Shown here in pieces: positions 26,603 to 35,532 of a stretch of DNA of 64,000 nucleotides. The position numbers were made by a program, and so were the translations under genes. Numbering within the stretch: the first letter of the stretch is position 1; every line of letters begins with the position of its first letter. The notes beneath the pieces were generated by a model. The model saw nothing but the letters and a program-made list of their open reading frames with translations. It was not told the origin of the DNA and ran no database searches. This DNA comes from Bacteroidota bacterium (GTDB taxonomy: Bacteria; Bacteroidota; Bacteroidia; Flavobacteriales_D; Sanyastnellaceae): the NCBI GenBank assembly GCA_027624855.1, contig JAQBTQ010000012.1, forward strand, positions 1,724 to 65,723, read 5' to 3'.

Positions 26603-27739
26603 ATGAATCAAAAAGCAACCCCCACACTTGAAAAAGTTGTTCCAGAGGCCGAAGATTTTCTTCCCTTGCTGGGGACTGATCACATCGAGTTGTATTGCGG
26701 AAATGCGAAACAAAGCGCTTACTACTACATCACAGCTTGGGGGTTTAAGCCCGTTGCATATGCCGGCCTTGAAACGGGAAACAAGGAAACCGTTTCTTAT
26801 GTCTTAAAACAAGACAAGATTACCTTGGTATTGACCTCTCCGTTGAACGCAGGAGGTCCGATAAACGACCACATCAATCGACACGGTGATGGCGTCAAAG
26901 CCGTGGCCCTTTGGGTTGATAACGCAGAAAAAAGTTGGAACGAAACGACGAAACGGGGGGCCGTTTCGGTGTTTGAACCCGAAACACGAACCGATGCACA
27001 TGGCAGCGTTGTTCTAAGTGCAATTGAAACCTACGGCGATACCATCCATGTCTTTGTGGAGCGGAAAAACTACGAGGGGGTATTCCTTCCTGGTTATGAA
27101 GCCTGGAATCCAAGCATTCCAACTCAAAATGTCGGATTGAAATATGTGGATCACATGGTTGGAAATGTGGGCTGGGGTGAAATGAATACTTGGGTGGATT
27201 TTTATACCCGGGTCATGGGATTCGCTCAATTAATCTCCTTCGATGACAAGGACATTTCAACCGAATACACGGCCTTGATGTCAAAGGTGATGTCCAACGG
27301 GAATGGCCGCATCAAGTTTCCCATTAATGAACCGGCCGAAGGACGCAAAAAGTCGCAAATCGAGGAATACATTGATTTCTACCAAGGCGCTGGCGTTCAA
27401 CACATCGCCGTAGCGACTTCCAACATCATCGAAACCGTTACTGAATTGCAAGCAAGAGGCATCGAATTCCTGCGGGTTCCAAACACCTACTACGACACGG
27501 TACTCGATCGTGTAGGGGAAATTGACGAAGACTTAGATCCGCTTAGAAAGTTGGGCATTCTGATTGACCGCGATGACGAAGGGTATCTATTGCAAATCTT
27601 TACCAAGCCTGTGGTCGATCGGCCAACCATGTTTTTCGAAATCATCCAAAGAAAGGGGGCGAAATCCTTTGGTAAAGGAAACTTCAAGGCCTTGTTCGAA
27701 GCAATTGAACGAGAGCAGGAAAGCAGAGGTACACTCTAA
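26603..27739 (+). CDS. hppD: 4-hydroxyphenylpyruvate dioxygenase
   Basis: Two VOC/glyoxalase-like halves are present. Motifs include GAGVQHIAVAT, LLQIFTKPV.DRPT.FFEIIQR and GFGKGNFKALFE.IE.EQ..RG. Confidence 0.95.
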   Translation: MNQKATPTLEKVVPEAEDFLPLLGTDHIELYCGNAKQSAYYYITAWGFKPVAYAGLETGNKETVSYVLKQDKITLVLTSPLNAGGPINDHINRHGDGVKAVALWVDNAEKSWNETTKRGAVSVFEPETRTDAHGSVVLSAIETYGDTIHVFVERKNYEGVFLPGYEAWNPSIPTQNVGLKYVDHMVGNVGWGEMNTWVDFYTRVMGFAQLISFDDKDISTEYTALMSKVMSNGNGRIKFPINEPAEGRKKSQIEEYIDFYQGAGVQHIAVATSNIIETVTELQARGIEFLRVPNTYYDTVLDRVGEIDEDLDPLRKLGILIDRDDEGYLLQIFTKPVVDRPTMFFEIIQRKGAKSFGKGNFKALFEAIEREQESRGTL

Positions 27740-27760
27740 CCTCTGATCTTCTCTTCCTGC

Positions 27761-29359
27761 ATGAAAGCGCCGCTGCTCAAAGTCGAAAATTTAACCGTTG
27801 CGTTCGGAGAACAACCTGTCGTTCATAACGTCACATTCAATCTAAACAAGGGAGAACTACTTGCGCTCGTAGGCGAAAGCGGTTCTGGCAAAACCATTAC
27901 CTCCGCAGCCATCATGGGATTGTTACCTCGTGGAGGACGCATGACCAACGGCTGTGTTTTTCATCATCCGAGTTCATCGATCTGGGCTGCGCCTGGCATC
28001 AAAGATCAGCCCCAAGGACAAGGACTGAGTATGGTATTCCAAGATCCGATGTCTTCATTGAACCCCTCCATGCGAGTGGGTTGGCAAGTAGCCGAAGGTC
28101 CCATCTTTCACAAACAATTAACCAAGAAAGACGCCAAAGCATCCGTCTTGAAATTGTTTGAAGAAGTCGAACTCCCCGACCCCAGCAACACCTTCGAAAA
28201 ATATCCTCACGAATTGAGTGGGGGACAAAAGCAACGGATTATGATTGCTTTGGCGCTCGCAGCCAATCCCGAAGTATTAATCGCTGATGAGCCCACCACT
28301 GCGCTCGACACCACGGTCCAAAAATCCATCCTTGAGCTCTTGAAAAAACTCCAGCTTGAACGGGAAATTGGAATCTTATTCATCACGCACGACCTCGGAG
28401 TAGTGCAAGCCATCGCTGACCGTGTTTTGGTCATGCGCGCCGGCGAAATTGTGGAACAAGGCGATGTAACTTCTGTCTTAAATCAACCTCAACACGCCTA
28501 TACCAAGGCATTGATTGAAGCTCGTAAATACACTTCAATTGAGGAACCACCCCCTGCCTCTCCCCCTTTAGTCATTGCCAAAAACCTCGGAAAATCCTAC
28601 ACCGTTCAATCAGACCTTTTCGGTCGGCCGACTCAAACATTTCAAGCAGTGGATTCAGTCAATTTGAGCATTTCGAGAGGGGAACGCGTCGGGTTAATCG
28701 GCGAAAGCGGTAGTGGAAAATCCACTCTAGGACGGCTATTGATTGGGATGCTCCCGTCAACCCAGGGCAGCATCGAATTCAATGGAATGAAGGTCAATCC
28801 TGAGGATAAATCCAACATGAGGAGCATTCGCCACCAAGCTCAACTCGTTTTTCAAGATCCATACGGGGCCTTGAATCCCAAGCTTGCCGTAGGATTTGCA
28901 TTGACTGAGGTCATGGAGCATCGCGGAGTTCCCGCCAAACAAGCCAAGCAAGAAGCAATTCAACTTTTGCATGAAGTCGGGCTCAATTCAGAAGACGCCC
29001 AAAAGAAACCCCACGAATTCAGCGGAGGACAACGTCAGCGATTGGTCATAGCACGAGCGCTTGCCATGCAACCGATGTTTTTGGTGCTAGATGAAAGTGT
29101 CGCAGCATTGGATATTCAGATACAAAAAGAGATTTTGGCCTTGTTGAAGCGAATCGGAGATGAACGCCGATTGACATTCCTGTTCATAAGCCACGACTTG
29201 GACGTTGTTTCATCGTTTTGCAATCGATTGTTGATTATGAAAAATGGCCGCATCGTTGAATCGGGTGAAACCCATGAAATCATAACAAATCCGAAAACCG
29301 CCTACACAACAGAATTACTCGACAGCCGACCCGGGAATCTGTCGCTCCTCCTTTCGTAA
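27761..29359 (+). CDS. ABC transporter ATP-binding protein with two fused ATPase cassettes (Dpp/Opp-type)
   Basis: Two Walker A motifs (GESGSGKT and GESGSGKS), two signature motifs (LSGGQKQR and FSGGQRQR) and two Walker B motifs (LIADEPT and LVLDESV). No permease or binding-protein gene is adjacent. Confidence 0.92.
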   Translation: MKAPLLKVENLTVAFGEQPVVHNVTFNLNKGELLALVGESGSGKTITSAAIMGLLPRGGRMTNGCVFHHPSSSIWAAPGIKDQPQGQGLSMVFQDPMSSLNPSMRVGWQVAEGPIFHKQLTKKDAKASVLKLFEEVELPDPSNTFEKYPHELSGGQKQRIMIALALAANPEVLIADEPTTALDTTVQKSILELLKKLQLEREIGILFITHDLGVVQAIADRVLVMRAGEIVEQGDVTSVLNQPQHAYTKALIEARKYTSIEEPPPASPPLVIAKNLGKSYTVQSDLFGRPTQTFQAVDSVNLSISRGERVGLIGESGSGKSTLGRLLIGMLPSTQGSIEFNGMKVNPEDKSNMRSIRHQAQLVFQDPYGALNPKLAVGFALTEVMEHRGVPAKQAKQEAIQLLHEVGLNSEDAQKKPHEFSGGQRQRLVIARALAMQPMFLVLDESVAALDIQIQKEILALLKRIGDERRLTFLFISHDLDVVSSFCNRLLIMKNGRIVESGETHEIITNPKTAYTTELLDSRPGNLSLLLS

Positions 29360-29391
29360 TTTGTGCTTTCAAAAACAGGATTCCCAGTTCC

Positions 29392-30174
29392 ATGTCTCAA
29401 ACACTGATTGAAGCCGAATCAAATGAAGGGGTGCTTACCCTGACGATTTGTCGCCCTGAAGCTCTCAATGCACTGAATCAAACGGTCATTGCTCAACTCG
29501 CGGAAGCCATTGAAAATGCACAATCTGATTCCAACATACGAGTCATACTATTGACTGGAAGCGGCCCAAAAGCATTTGTAGCAGGAGCCGACATCAAAGA
29601 ATTCGCTGATTTCAATGCACGTCAAGGGAAAGAGCTTGCGCGCAAAGGCCAAGAATTGCTCTTCAATCGCATTGAGCGATCTGCTAAACCAGTCATTGCA
29701 GCGATCAATGGTTTCGCATTGGGAGGAGGGCTCGAGTTGGCGCTTGCTTGCCATGTTCGAATCGCCGCATCGGGAGCGCGAATGGGGCTTCCAGAGGTGT
29801 CACTTGGTGTCATCCCAGGTTATGGCGGAACGCAACGACTGCCGCAACTCGTGGGCAAGGGGAAGGCATTGGAAATGATATTAACGGCCCAAATGGTCAC
29901 GGCTGATGAGGCTCATCAATGGGGCCTCGTTAACGCGGTGGTGTCCCCAGAAGAATTGATGTCTGCTGCGAATCAAATGGCGAAAGCCATGATGAAAAAC
30001 TCTCCAAAAGCCATTCAAACCGCCATACAAGCCGTGCTCGCAGGCTACGAAGACGGACTGAACGGGTATGATGCTGAAATCTCTTGCTTTGGCGCAAGCT
30101 TTGAAACGGAGGACTTCAAGGAGGGCACCCAAGCATTCATTGAAAAACGTAAACCCGAATTCACAGGAAAATGA
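29392..30174 (+). CDS. Enoyl-CoA hydratase/isomerase family protein
   Basis: Crotonase fold motifs: [32 protein letters not shown] and [17 protein letters not shown]. Confidence 0.92.
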   Translation: MSQTLIEAESNEGVLTLTICRPEALNALNQTVIAQLAEAIENAQSDSNIRVILLTGSGPKAFVAGADIKEFADFNARQGKELARKGQELLFNRIERSAKPVIAAINGFALGGGLELALACHVRIAASGARMGLPEVSLGVIPGYGGTQRLPQLVGKGKALEMILTAQMVTADEAHQWGLVNAVVSPEELMSAANQMAKAMMKNSPKAIQTAIQAVLAGYEDGLNGYDAEISCFGASFETEDFKEGTQAFIEKRKPEFTGK

Positions 30175-30611
30175 CGGCATCCGTGTTTATCAAAAATCTC
30201 AGCGGTCATGCCCTTCCTGATTACGCCACGCTTGCTAGCGCAGGAATGGATGTACGAGCGCATATAGCCGAGCCCATCATGCTCGAGCCCGGAGAGCACC
30301 GGCTGATTCCAACGGGATTGTACGTTGCCCTGCCTCATGGAACAGAGCTGCAAGTTCGACCACGATCCGGCCTAGCATTTAAGCATGGCGTGACCGTACT
30401 CAATGCACCAGGGACCATTGATGCAGATTATCGAGGAGAAATTGGTGTTTTGTTAATCAATCACGGAAAGTCCATTTTTACGGTAGAAAACGGTGAACGC
30501 ATCGCCCAATTGGTGCTTGCACGGTACGAGCGAATTGCATGGAAAGAGACCGAAAATTTACCTGAATCTGACCGAGGAACGGGCGGATTTGGGAGCACAG
30601 GCACACGTTAA
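30171..30611 (+). CDS. dut: dUTP diphosphatase
   Basis: The sequence has [28 protein letters not shown] and a C-terminal [10 protein letters not shown]. The start overlaps the upstream stop as ATGA. Confidence 0.95.
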   Translation: MTASVFIKNLSGHALPDYATLASAGMDVRAHIAEPIMLEPGEHRLIPTGLYVALPHGTELQVRPRSGLAFKHGVTVLNAPGTIDADYRGEIGVLLINHGKSIFTVENGERIAQLVLARYERIAWKETENLPESDRGTGGFGSTGTR

Positions 30612-30626
30612 ATTGAACACACAATC

Positions 30627-31628
30627 ATGAACATCATCATTCCAATGGCCGGGCGAGGCAGTCGGTTAAGGCCCCACACCCTGACCGTACCAAAACCATT
30701 GGTTTCGGTCGCTGGGAAACCCATTGTGGAACGCCTTGCCGAGGATATCGTTGCGATGAGCGAAGAAAAAGTGGAAGAAATTGCCTTCGTCATTGGCGAT
30801 TTTGGGGAGGAAGTGGAAGCCAAACTTTTGGCAATCGCCGAACGTCTTGGAGCGAAAGGTCACATCTGTTACCAAGAAAAGCCGCTTGGAACAGCTCATG
30901 CGATTTTGTGCGGTCAACAATGCCTCAATGGGCCTGTCGTGGTGGCATTTGCTGACACACTCTTTCGAGCCGACTTCACCATCAACCCCGAGGCTGATGG
31001 GGTTCTATTTGTCAAACAAGTCGAAAACCCAAGTGCCTTTGGCGTGGTGGTCACCAATGAAGCTGGAGGCATCGAAGATTATGTCGAAAAGCCCACGCAA
31101 TTCGTGAGTGATTTAGCCATGATTGGCATCTATGCCTTTCGCGATGGGAACCGCTTAAAAAGTGAATTGCAGCGGTTAATTGACGACGACGTCATCAAAG
31201 GAGGCGAATATCAATTGCCCGATGCCCTCAGAAATATGACCCAAGCGGGATTGCATTTTGAACCCGGCGCGGTCAGTGAATGGATGGACTGCGGTAACAA
31301 ATCGGCGACGGTAGAAACCAACCAGCTTATCCTAGAGCTTACGCAACAAGAATTGTTCATTCCCGATGACGCGGTCATCGAGGAAAGCGTGATCATTCCT
31401 CCTTGCTTCATTGGGAAAGGGGTGAAAATTCACAGATCAGTCGTTGGGCCACATGTAAGTTTGGGTCACCAGGCTTCCGTAACCGACAGTCGAGTTGAGA
31501 ACTGTTTAATCCAAGACAACACACGGCTTAGCAATACCATCGTCAAAGACTCCATGATTGGATCCCATGCATCCGTGACGGGTCAACCTTTCAACCTCAG
31601 CATCGGGGACTATTCTGAAATTCAGTAA
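30627..31628 (+). CDS. Sugar-phosphate nucleotidyltransferase with a C-terminal left-handed beta-helix-like region
   Basis: The N-terminus reads MNIIIPMAGRGSRLRP.T...PKPLV.VAGKPI. The central region reads KPLGTAHA. Confidence 0.82.
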   Translation: MNIIIPMAGRGSRLRPHTLTVPKPLVSVAGKPIVERLAEDIVAMSEEKVEEIAFVIGDFGEEVEAKLLAIAERLGAKGHICYQEKPLGTAHAILCGQQCLNGPVVVAFADTLFRADFTINPEADGVLFVKQVENPSAFGVVVTNEAGGIEDYVEKPTQFVSDLAMIGIYAFRDGNRLKSELQRLIDDDVIKGGEYQLPDALRNMTQAGLHFEPGAVSEWMDCGNKSATVETNQLILELTQQELFIPDDAVIEESVIIPPCFIGKGVKIHRSVVGPHVSLGHQASVTDSRVENCLIQDNTRLSNTIVKDSMIGSHASVTGQPFNLSIGDYSEIQ

Positions 31629-31634
31629 CCGCTT

Positions 31635-33353
31635 ATGAACGCTTTGCGACCAGCCAGCCCTTGGACATTTCTTCTCTTATTGGGAATGATTGGTGCGTTC
31701 ATTGGATGCGGGAATCGCACGGTCCTGAGCGATTTGCCGGTTTATGACGAAGCTTTTCAAAGAACCTATTTCGAAGGTCAAAATCACCTCGCCAAAGGTG
31801 ACCTGGATCTGGCGTATTCCTCCTTCAATGCCTGCCTTGAGATGGAGCCTGCCGAAATAGCGCTGCATTTTGATTTAGCTAAAATTGACCTTCAACGGAG
31901 TGATTTCGAATCTGCATTGCTCCACTTAAATGAAGTCATCGAAAACAATGAAAGCCATCGATGGGCGCATGAATTTCGAGCAGAAGCAGCGCTCAACCTT
32001 GGCTACTCAAAAATGTGCCACGAAGATTTGGTTTGGATTCTCAATCATCGTCCAGGTGACATTGAATGGACTTTTGATTGGACCATGAAATTGGCAGACT
32101 TCGAAGACTATGAAGGCGCTTTGGTGTTGTGCGATACCTTCGACAAATTAACCCCTGGTGATCCAGACATCCTGCTTCAACGCCTTTATTTGTTTGAATT
32201 GCTTGGCGAATATGAAGCTATCTATTACGCCCTTGAAAATGCCGTAGTGGAATTCCCAGATGTCGTGGAATTCAAACTTCAGTGGGCTCAAATGCTTCAA
32301 ATCACGGAGCAATCAGAGGCTGCGTTGGACATTTTGTCTCAAATCGTTCGAGAGGACCCTACCAATGGCAGGGCCCAACTCGATTTGGCACATCTCTACA
32401 CTGGATTGAATCAAATTGGAAAAGCTCAAAACGCCCTCATCATGGCGTTCGAATCTGAGGATGTTTTGCTCGAAGAGAAGCACGAAATTCTGGTTCAATA
32501 CCTTCAAATTGCGCAAGTTGACACATCGCTTGATTCGATGATCATTCGACTTCTTGATGCGGCCATTGGGCAGCATCCTCGTTCAGCCATATTGCAGCTT
32601 TTGGCGGCAGATTTCGAGCAGACGCGGGGCAATCCCGAGGCAGCAATAGACCATGCCCTCATTGCTGTCGACCTCGCTCCAGGCAACCCAATGGGATGGA
32701 TCAACCTCATCGCATTGGATGCCGAATTGGTCCGATTCGAAGAAATGCAAGTCCATGCTTTGCAAGCATTTGAATTGTTTCCATTGGATGCTGAATTTGG
32801 GTATTACGCAGGATTGGCCGCATTGAATGTTGGTGACCATAATGCAGCCACGGAAACATTGCAGCGAGGGCTTGCCGTCGTGTTTGACAACCCCGATTTA
32901 GAAGCAGGAATACAGGGATTACTCGGTGATGCCTTGCATGCTAAAAACCAACTTCAAGAAGCTTTTCAAGCGTATGAAAAGAGCCTGGAATTGGTGCCTG
33001 ATAACCCCGTGATTTTAAATAACTACGCGTACTACCTCGCTGAATCAAACCAACATCTAGAACGTGCATTGGAATGCAGTGAGAGGCTTATGCAACTGGT
33101 TCCAAACGATGCAAATTTCATGGACACCCATGCATGGGTATTGTTCAAAAATGACCGATTTCCTGAAGCGCTCGATTTCATTACACAAGCCCTTTTCGCA
33201 TCAGAAGCGCAAGGGCCCACTTTTTGGGAGCACGACGGTGACATAAGATGGGCAATGGGTGATCAAACAGGGGCGCTTAAGTCGTGGAAAAAAGCGTTGG
33301 AATCAGGAGGCGATTCAGAACGAATTCAAGCCAAGATTGACGAGCATTCATGA
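31635..33353 (+). CDS. TPR-repeat lipoprotein
   Basis: The lipobox reads GAFIGCGN. Many 34-aa TPR-like units are present (for example ...AFQAYEKSLELVPDNPVILNNYAYYLA). Confidence 0.82.
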   Translation: MNALRPASPWTFLLLLGMIGAFIGCGNRTVLSDLPVYDEAFQRTYFEGQNHLAKGDLDLAYSSFNACLEMEPAEIALHFDLAKIDLQRSDFESALLHLNEVIENNESHRWAHEFRAEAALNLGYSKMCHEDLVWILNHRPGDIEWTFDWTMKLADFEDYEGALVLCDTFDKLTPGDPDILLQRLYLFELLGEYEAIYYALENAVVEFPDVVEFKLQWAQMLQITEQSEAALDILSQIVREDPTNGRAQLDLAHLYTGLNQIGKAQNALIMAFESEDVLLEEKHEILVQYLQIAQVDTSLDSMIIRLLDAAIGQHPRSAILQLLAADFEQTRGNPEAAIDHALIAVDLAPGNPMGWINLIALDAELVRFEEMQVHALQAFELFPLDAEFGYYAGLAALNVGDHNAATETLQRGLAVVFDNPDLEAGIQGLLGDALHAKNQLQEAFQAYEKSLELVPDNPVILNNYAYYLAESNQHLERALECSERLMQLVPNDANFMDTHAWVLFKNDRFPEALDFITQALFASEAQGPTFWEHDGDIRWAMGDQTGALKSWKKALESGGDSERIQAKIDEHS

Positions 33354-34264
33354 ATCGACAATGCACATATTTCATCTTGCTGTTGAGTGCAGTCCTGGCA
33401 GGCACCGCTGGCTGCTCCAACACGGCGCGTATGGCTCGTGGGAAACCGCTCAAGAATCTCAATGTCAATCAAATCATTGAAGGCTATGAGACCCATGCTC
33501 CAGATTGGGAATGGATGGGAATGAAACTCGACGTGAAATTGGATGCGAATGGAGACAACGAGTCTTTCAAAGCTTCTGTTCGAATGGCAAAAGACAGCGT
33601 CATTTGGATGAGTATTTCCCCTGCTTTAGGTGTAGAGGTTGCGCGCGTATTGATGACCCCTGATTCGGTCCTATTCATCAGCAAAATACCAGGCAACAAA
33701 TTCTACTTCTCAGGAAATTATGACGCCTTAGGAGATTGGATTGACACCCCACTAAGTTTTCAGGACGTCCAATCGGTTTTGGCTGGTCAACCCATGGGCC
33801 TCGATCCCGAAAACGACAAATTTATCTCCAAGATTGATGGTGAGCATTATGCGCTCATTGGTAAGTACAAGGGCAAAGTCAAGCGCCTGGTGGGTGTCAA
33901 TGACAATTCCTTATCTCCGGAGGACTCATTGGACATCCAACTCCCGGTTAGACGTTATGAAAGGCTCAGAAATCGAACCGAGGATGAAGATTTGTTAATC
34001 AAGCGCCATTGGTTTGGCGGTATCACCTTTGAGCCGGTTCGCGATCAGTTCGACGACCTCTATTACCAGCGCTCGCTAATCTTGGAGCGTCTTGATTACG
34101 AAGAAACGGAAATCGGAATGTTTCCAAGGTCATTTTCTTTGTTGGTCACAACGGTCAATAGCGAATTGATGATGAACTGGGAGACCCTCAGAATCCGATT
34201 TGATCGAGCTTATGACTTCCCGTTTGAAGTTCCTGAAGGATATGAACGCAGACTGGGCATCTAA
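33350..34264 (+). CDS. DUF4292-like lipoprotein (possible LolB-like fold)
   Basis: The lipobox reads LAGTAGCSN. Its position between the TPR lipoprotein and the M23 protein matches the conserved Bacteroidota arrangement as I recall it. The family call was not verified by search. Confidence 0.65.
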   Translation: MNRQCTYFILLLSAVLAGTAGCSNTARMARGKPLKNLNVNQIIEGYETHAPDWEWMGMKLDVKLDANGDNESFKASVRMAKDSVIWMSISPALGVEVARVLMTPDSVLFISKIPGNKFYFSGNYDALGDWIDTPLSFQDVQSVLAGQPMGLDPENDKFISKIDGEHYALIGKYKGKVKRLVGVNDNSLSPEDSLDIQLPVRRYERLRNRTEDEDLLIKRHWFGGITFEPVRDQFDDLYYQRSLILERLDYEETEIGMFPRSFSLLVTTVNSELMMNWETLRIRFDRAYDFPFEVPEGYERRLGI

Positions 34265-35471
34265 ATCCATCGTAAAGCTCTGCCTTTGCATGTTGTGCTT
34301 CATGGGTGGAAGCGCTGAGCTCGCATGGAGTCAAGATAAAGCTTCGTTGCAACGCAAGCGGGATGCCATTCAATCTCGCATCGCCACAGCTGAAAAATTG
34401 CTCAGTCAAACCGCCTCGAATAAACAAGATGCGTTGCTTCAACTTCAATTGATTAACGAGCGTATGTATCTCCGTGAGCAGCTGATTCGGCATCATGAGA
34501 CGGAAATACAACTACTCGAACAATCCATCTACAGCGCAGATTCTGAAATAAGGTCAATGGAAGGCCACATTGCTGCATTGAAAGACGAATATGCTCGAAT
34601 GATCCAGGCAGCATACAAGCAATCCCTCAATCAAAACACCTGGATGTATTTGTTTGCTGCCGAAGACTTCTCTCAAGCGGTCATCCGATTCCAACTTCTT
34701 CAATCTTACAGTACAATCCGCAAAGAGCACGTTGCACAAATCGAACAATCGCAGGTTGAGCTTGCTGGAAACCGACAGTCCCTGGAGTTGAAGCGAAAAG
34801 ATTTGGAGTCCATGCTGAATGAAGTTCGTGCAGAACGTGACCTATTGATGGATGATCAAAAGTCCCGAGGTGTGCTCATCGAAACATTGAAAGGAGAAGA
34901 ATCACGGCTAAAGTCTGAGGTGGCAAAAGCTGAGGAAGAAAAAAAGCGACTCAATGAAGCGATAAGAAAAATCATCGAAGAAGAACTCCGAGCTGAGCGG
35001 GAGAGTTCCAAAGGTGAATATGCTCTGACTCCTGAAGGGCGAATTGTTTCTGAAGCTTTTGAAAAAAACAAGTCGACCCTTCCCTGGCCTGTTGTTCGTG
35101 GAATTGTCACCAGTGGCTTTGGTCGCCAAGCTCACCCCACCTTACCCGGAATCACCATTGATAACAACGGAATTGACATTTCAACAGAACCAGGTAGCGC
35201 CGTTTTGTCCATTTTTAAGGGCACCGTCTCCAGTGTGTTTGCTATTCCAGGAGCAGGTCAAACCGTCATCCTTTCTCACGGGGCTTTTCGCTCCGTGTAT
35301 AGCAATTTAGAAAGCGCCTCCATTGCCAAAGGTGACATCATTGAAGCCGGTGAAATCATTGGAACCGTCCGAGTCGAAGACAATCGATCTACTTTGCATT
35401 TTGAAGTCTGGAGCGTTCAAGGAAACACGCAAGCTCCCCAAAACCCAACGCACTGGTTGATTCGAAAATGA
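34242..35471 (+). CDS. EnvC-like coiled-coil protein with a degenerate LytM (M23) domain
   Basis: A signal-like N-terminus begins at the ATG at 34242 (MNADWASKSIVKLCLCMLCFMGG). About 250 aa of coiled coil follow. The C-terminal LytM fold has substituted metal ligands (see finding). The track start at 34200 is a TTG and overlaps the upstream gene further. Confidence 0.85.
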   Translation: MNADWASKSIVKLCLCMLCFMGGSAELAWSQDKASLQRKRDAIQSRIATAEKLLSQTASNKQDALLQLQLINERMYLREQLIRHHETEIQLLEQSIYSADSEIRSMEGHIAALKDEYARMIQAAYKQSLNQNTWMYLFAAEDFSQAVIRFQLLQSYSTIRKEHVAQIEQSQVELAGNRQSLELKRKDLESMLNEVRAERDLLMDDQKSRGVLIETLKGEESRLKSEVAKAEEEKKRLNEAIRKIIEEELRAERESSKGEYALTPEGRIVSEAFEKNKSTLPWPVVRGIVTSGFGRQAHPTLPGITIDNNGIDISTEPGSAVLSIFKGTVSSVFAIPGAGQTVILSHGAFRSVYSNLESASIAKGDIIEAGEIIGTVRVEDNRSTLHFEVWSVQGNTQAPQNPTHWLIRK

Positions 35472-35532
35472 GCCGGTTGAATCCCGTTTTTGAGGGATAG
35501 GAGAGCGGTCATTAAACCCCGAAATTCGTGCT

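Noticed and set aside
25403-27739. The hmgA-hppD pair without maleylacetoacetate isomerase or fumarylacetoacetase as a sign of an incomplete pathway or pyomelanin production.
   Set aside because: The remaining genes are frequently unlinked, so nothing can be concluded from this window alone.
27940-28030. Possible compensating frameshifts in the first ABC cassette.
   Set aside because: The alternative frames contain a stop or give no better match to the expected motif, and the frame is continuous with correct motifs on both sides.
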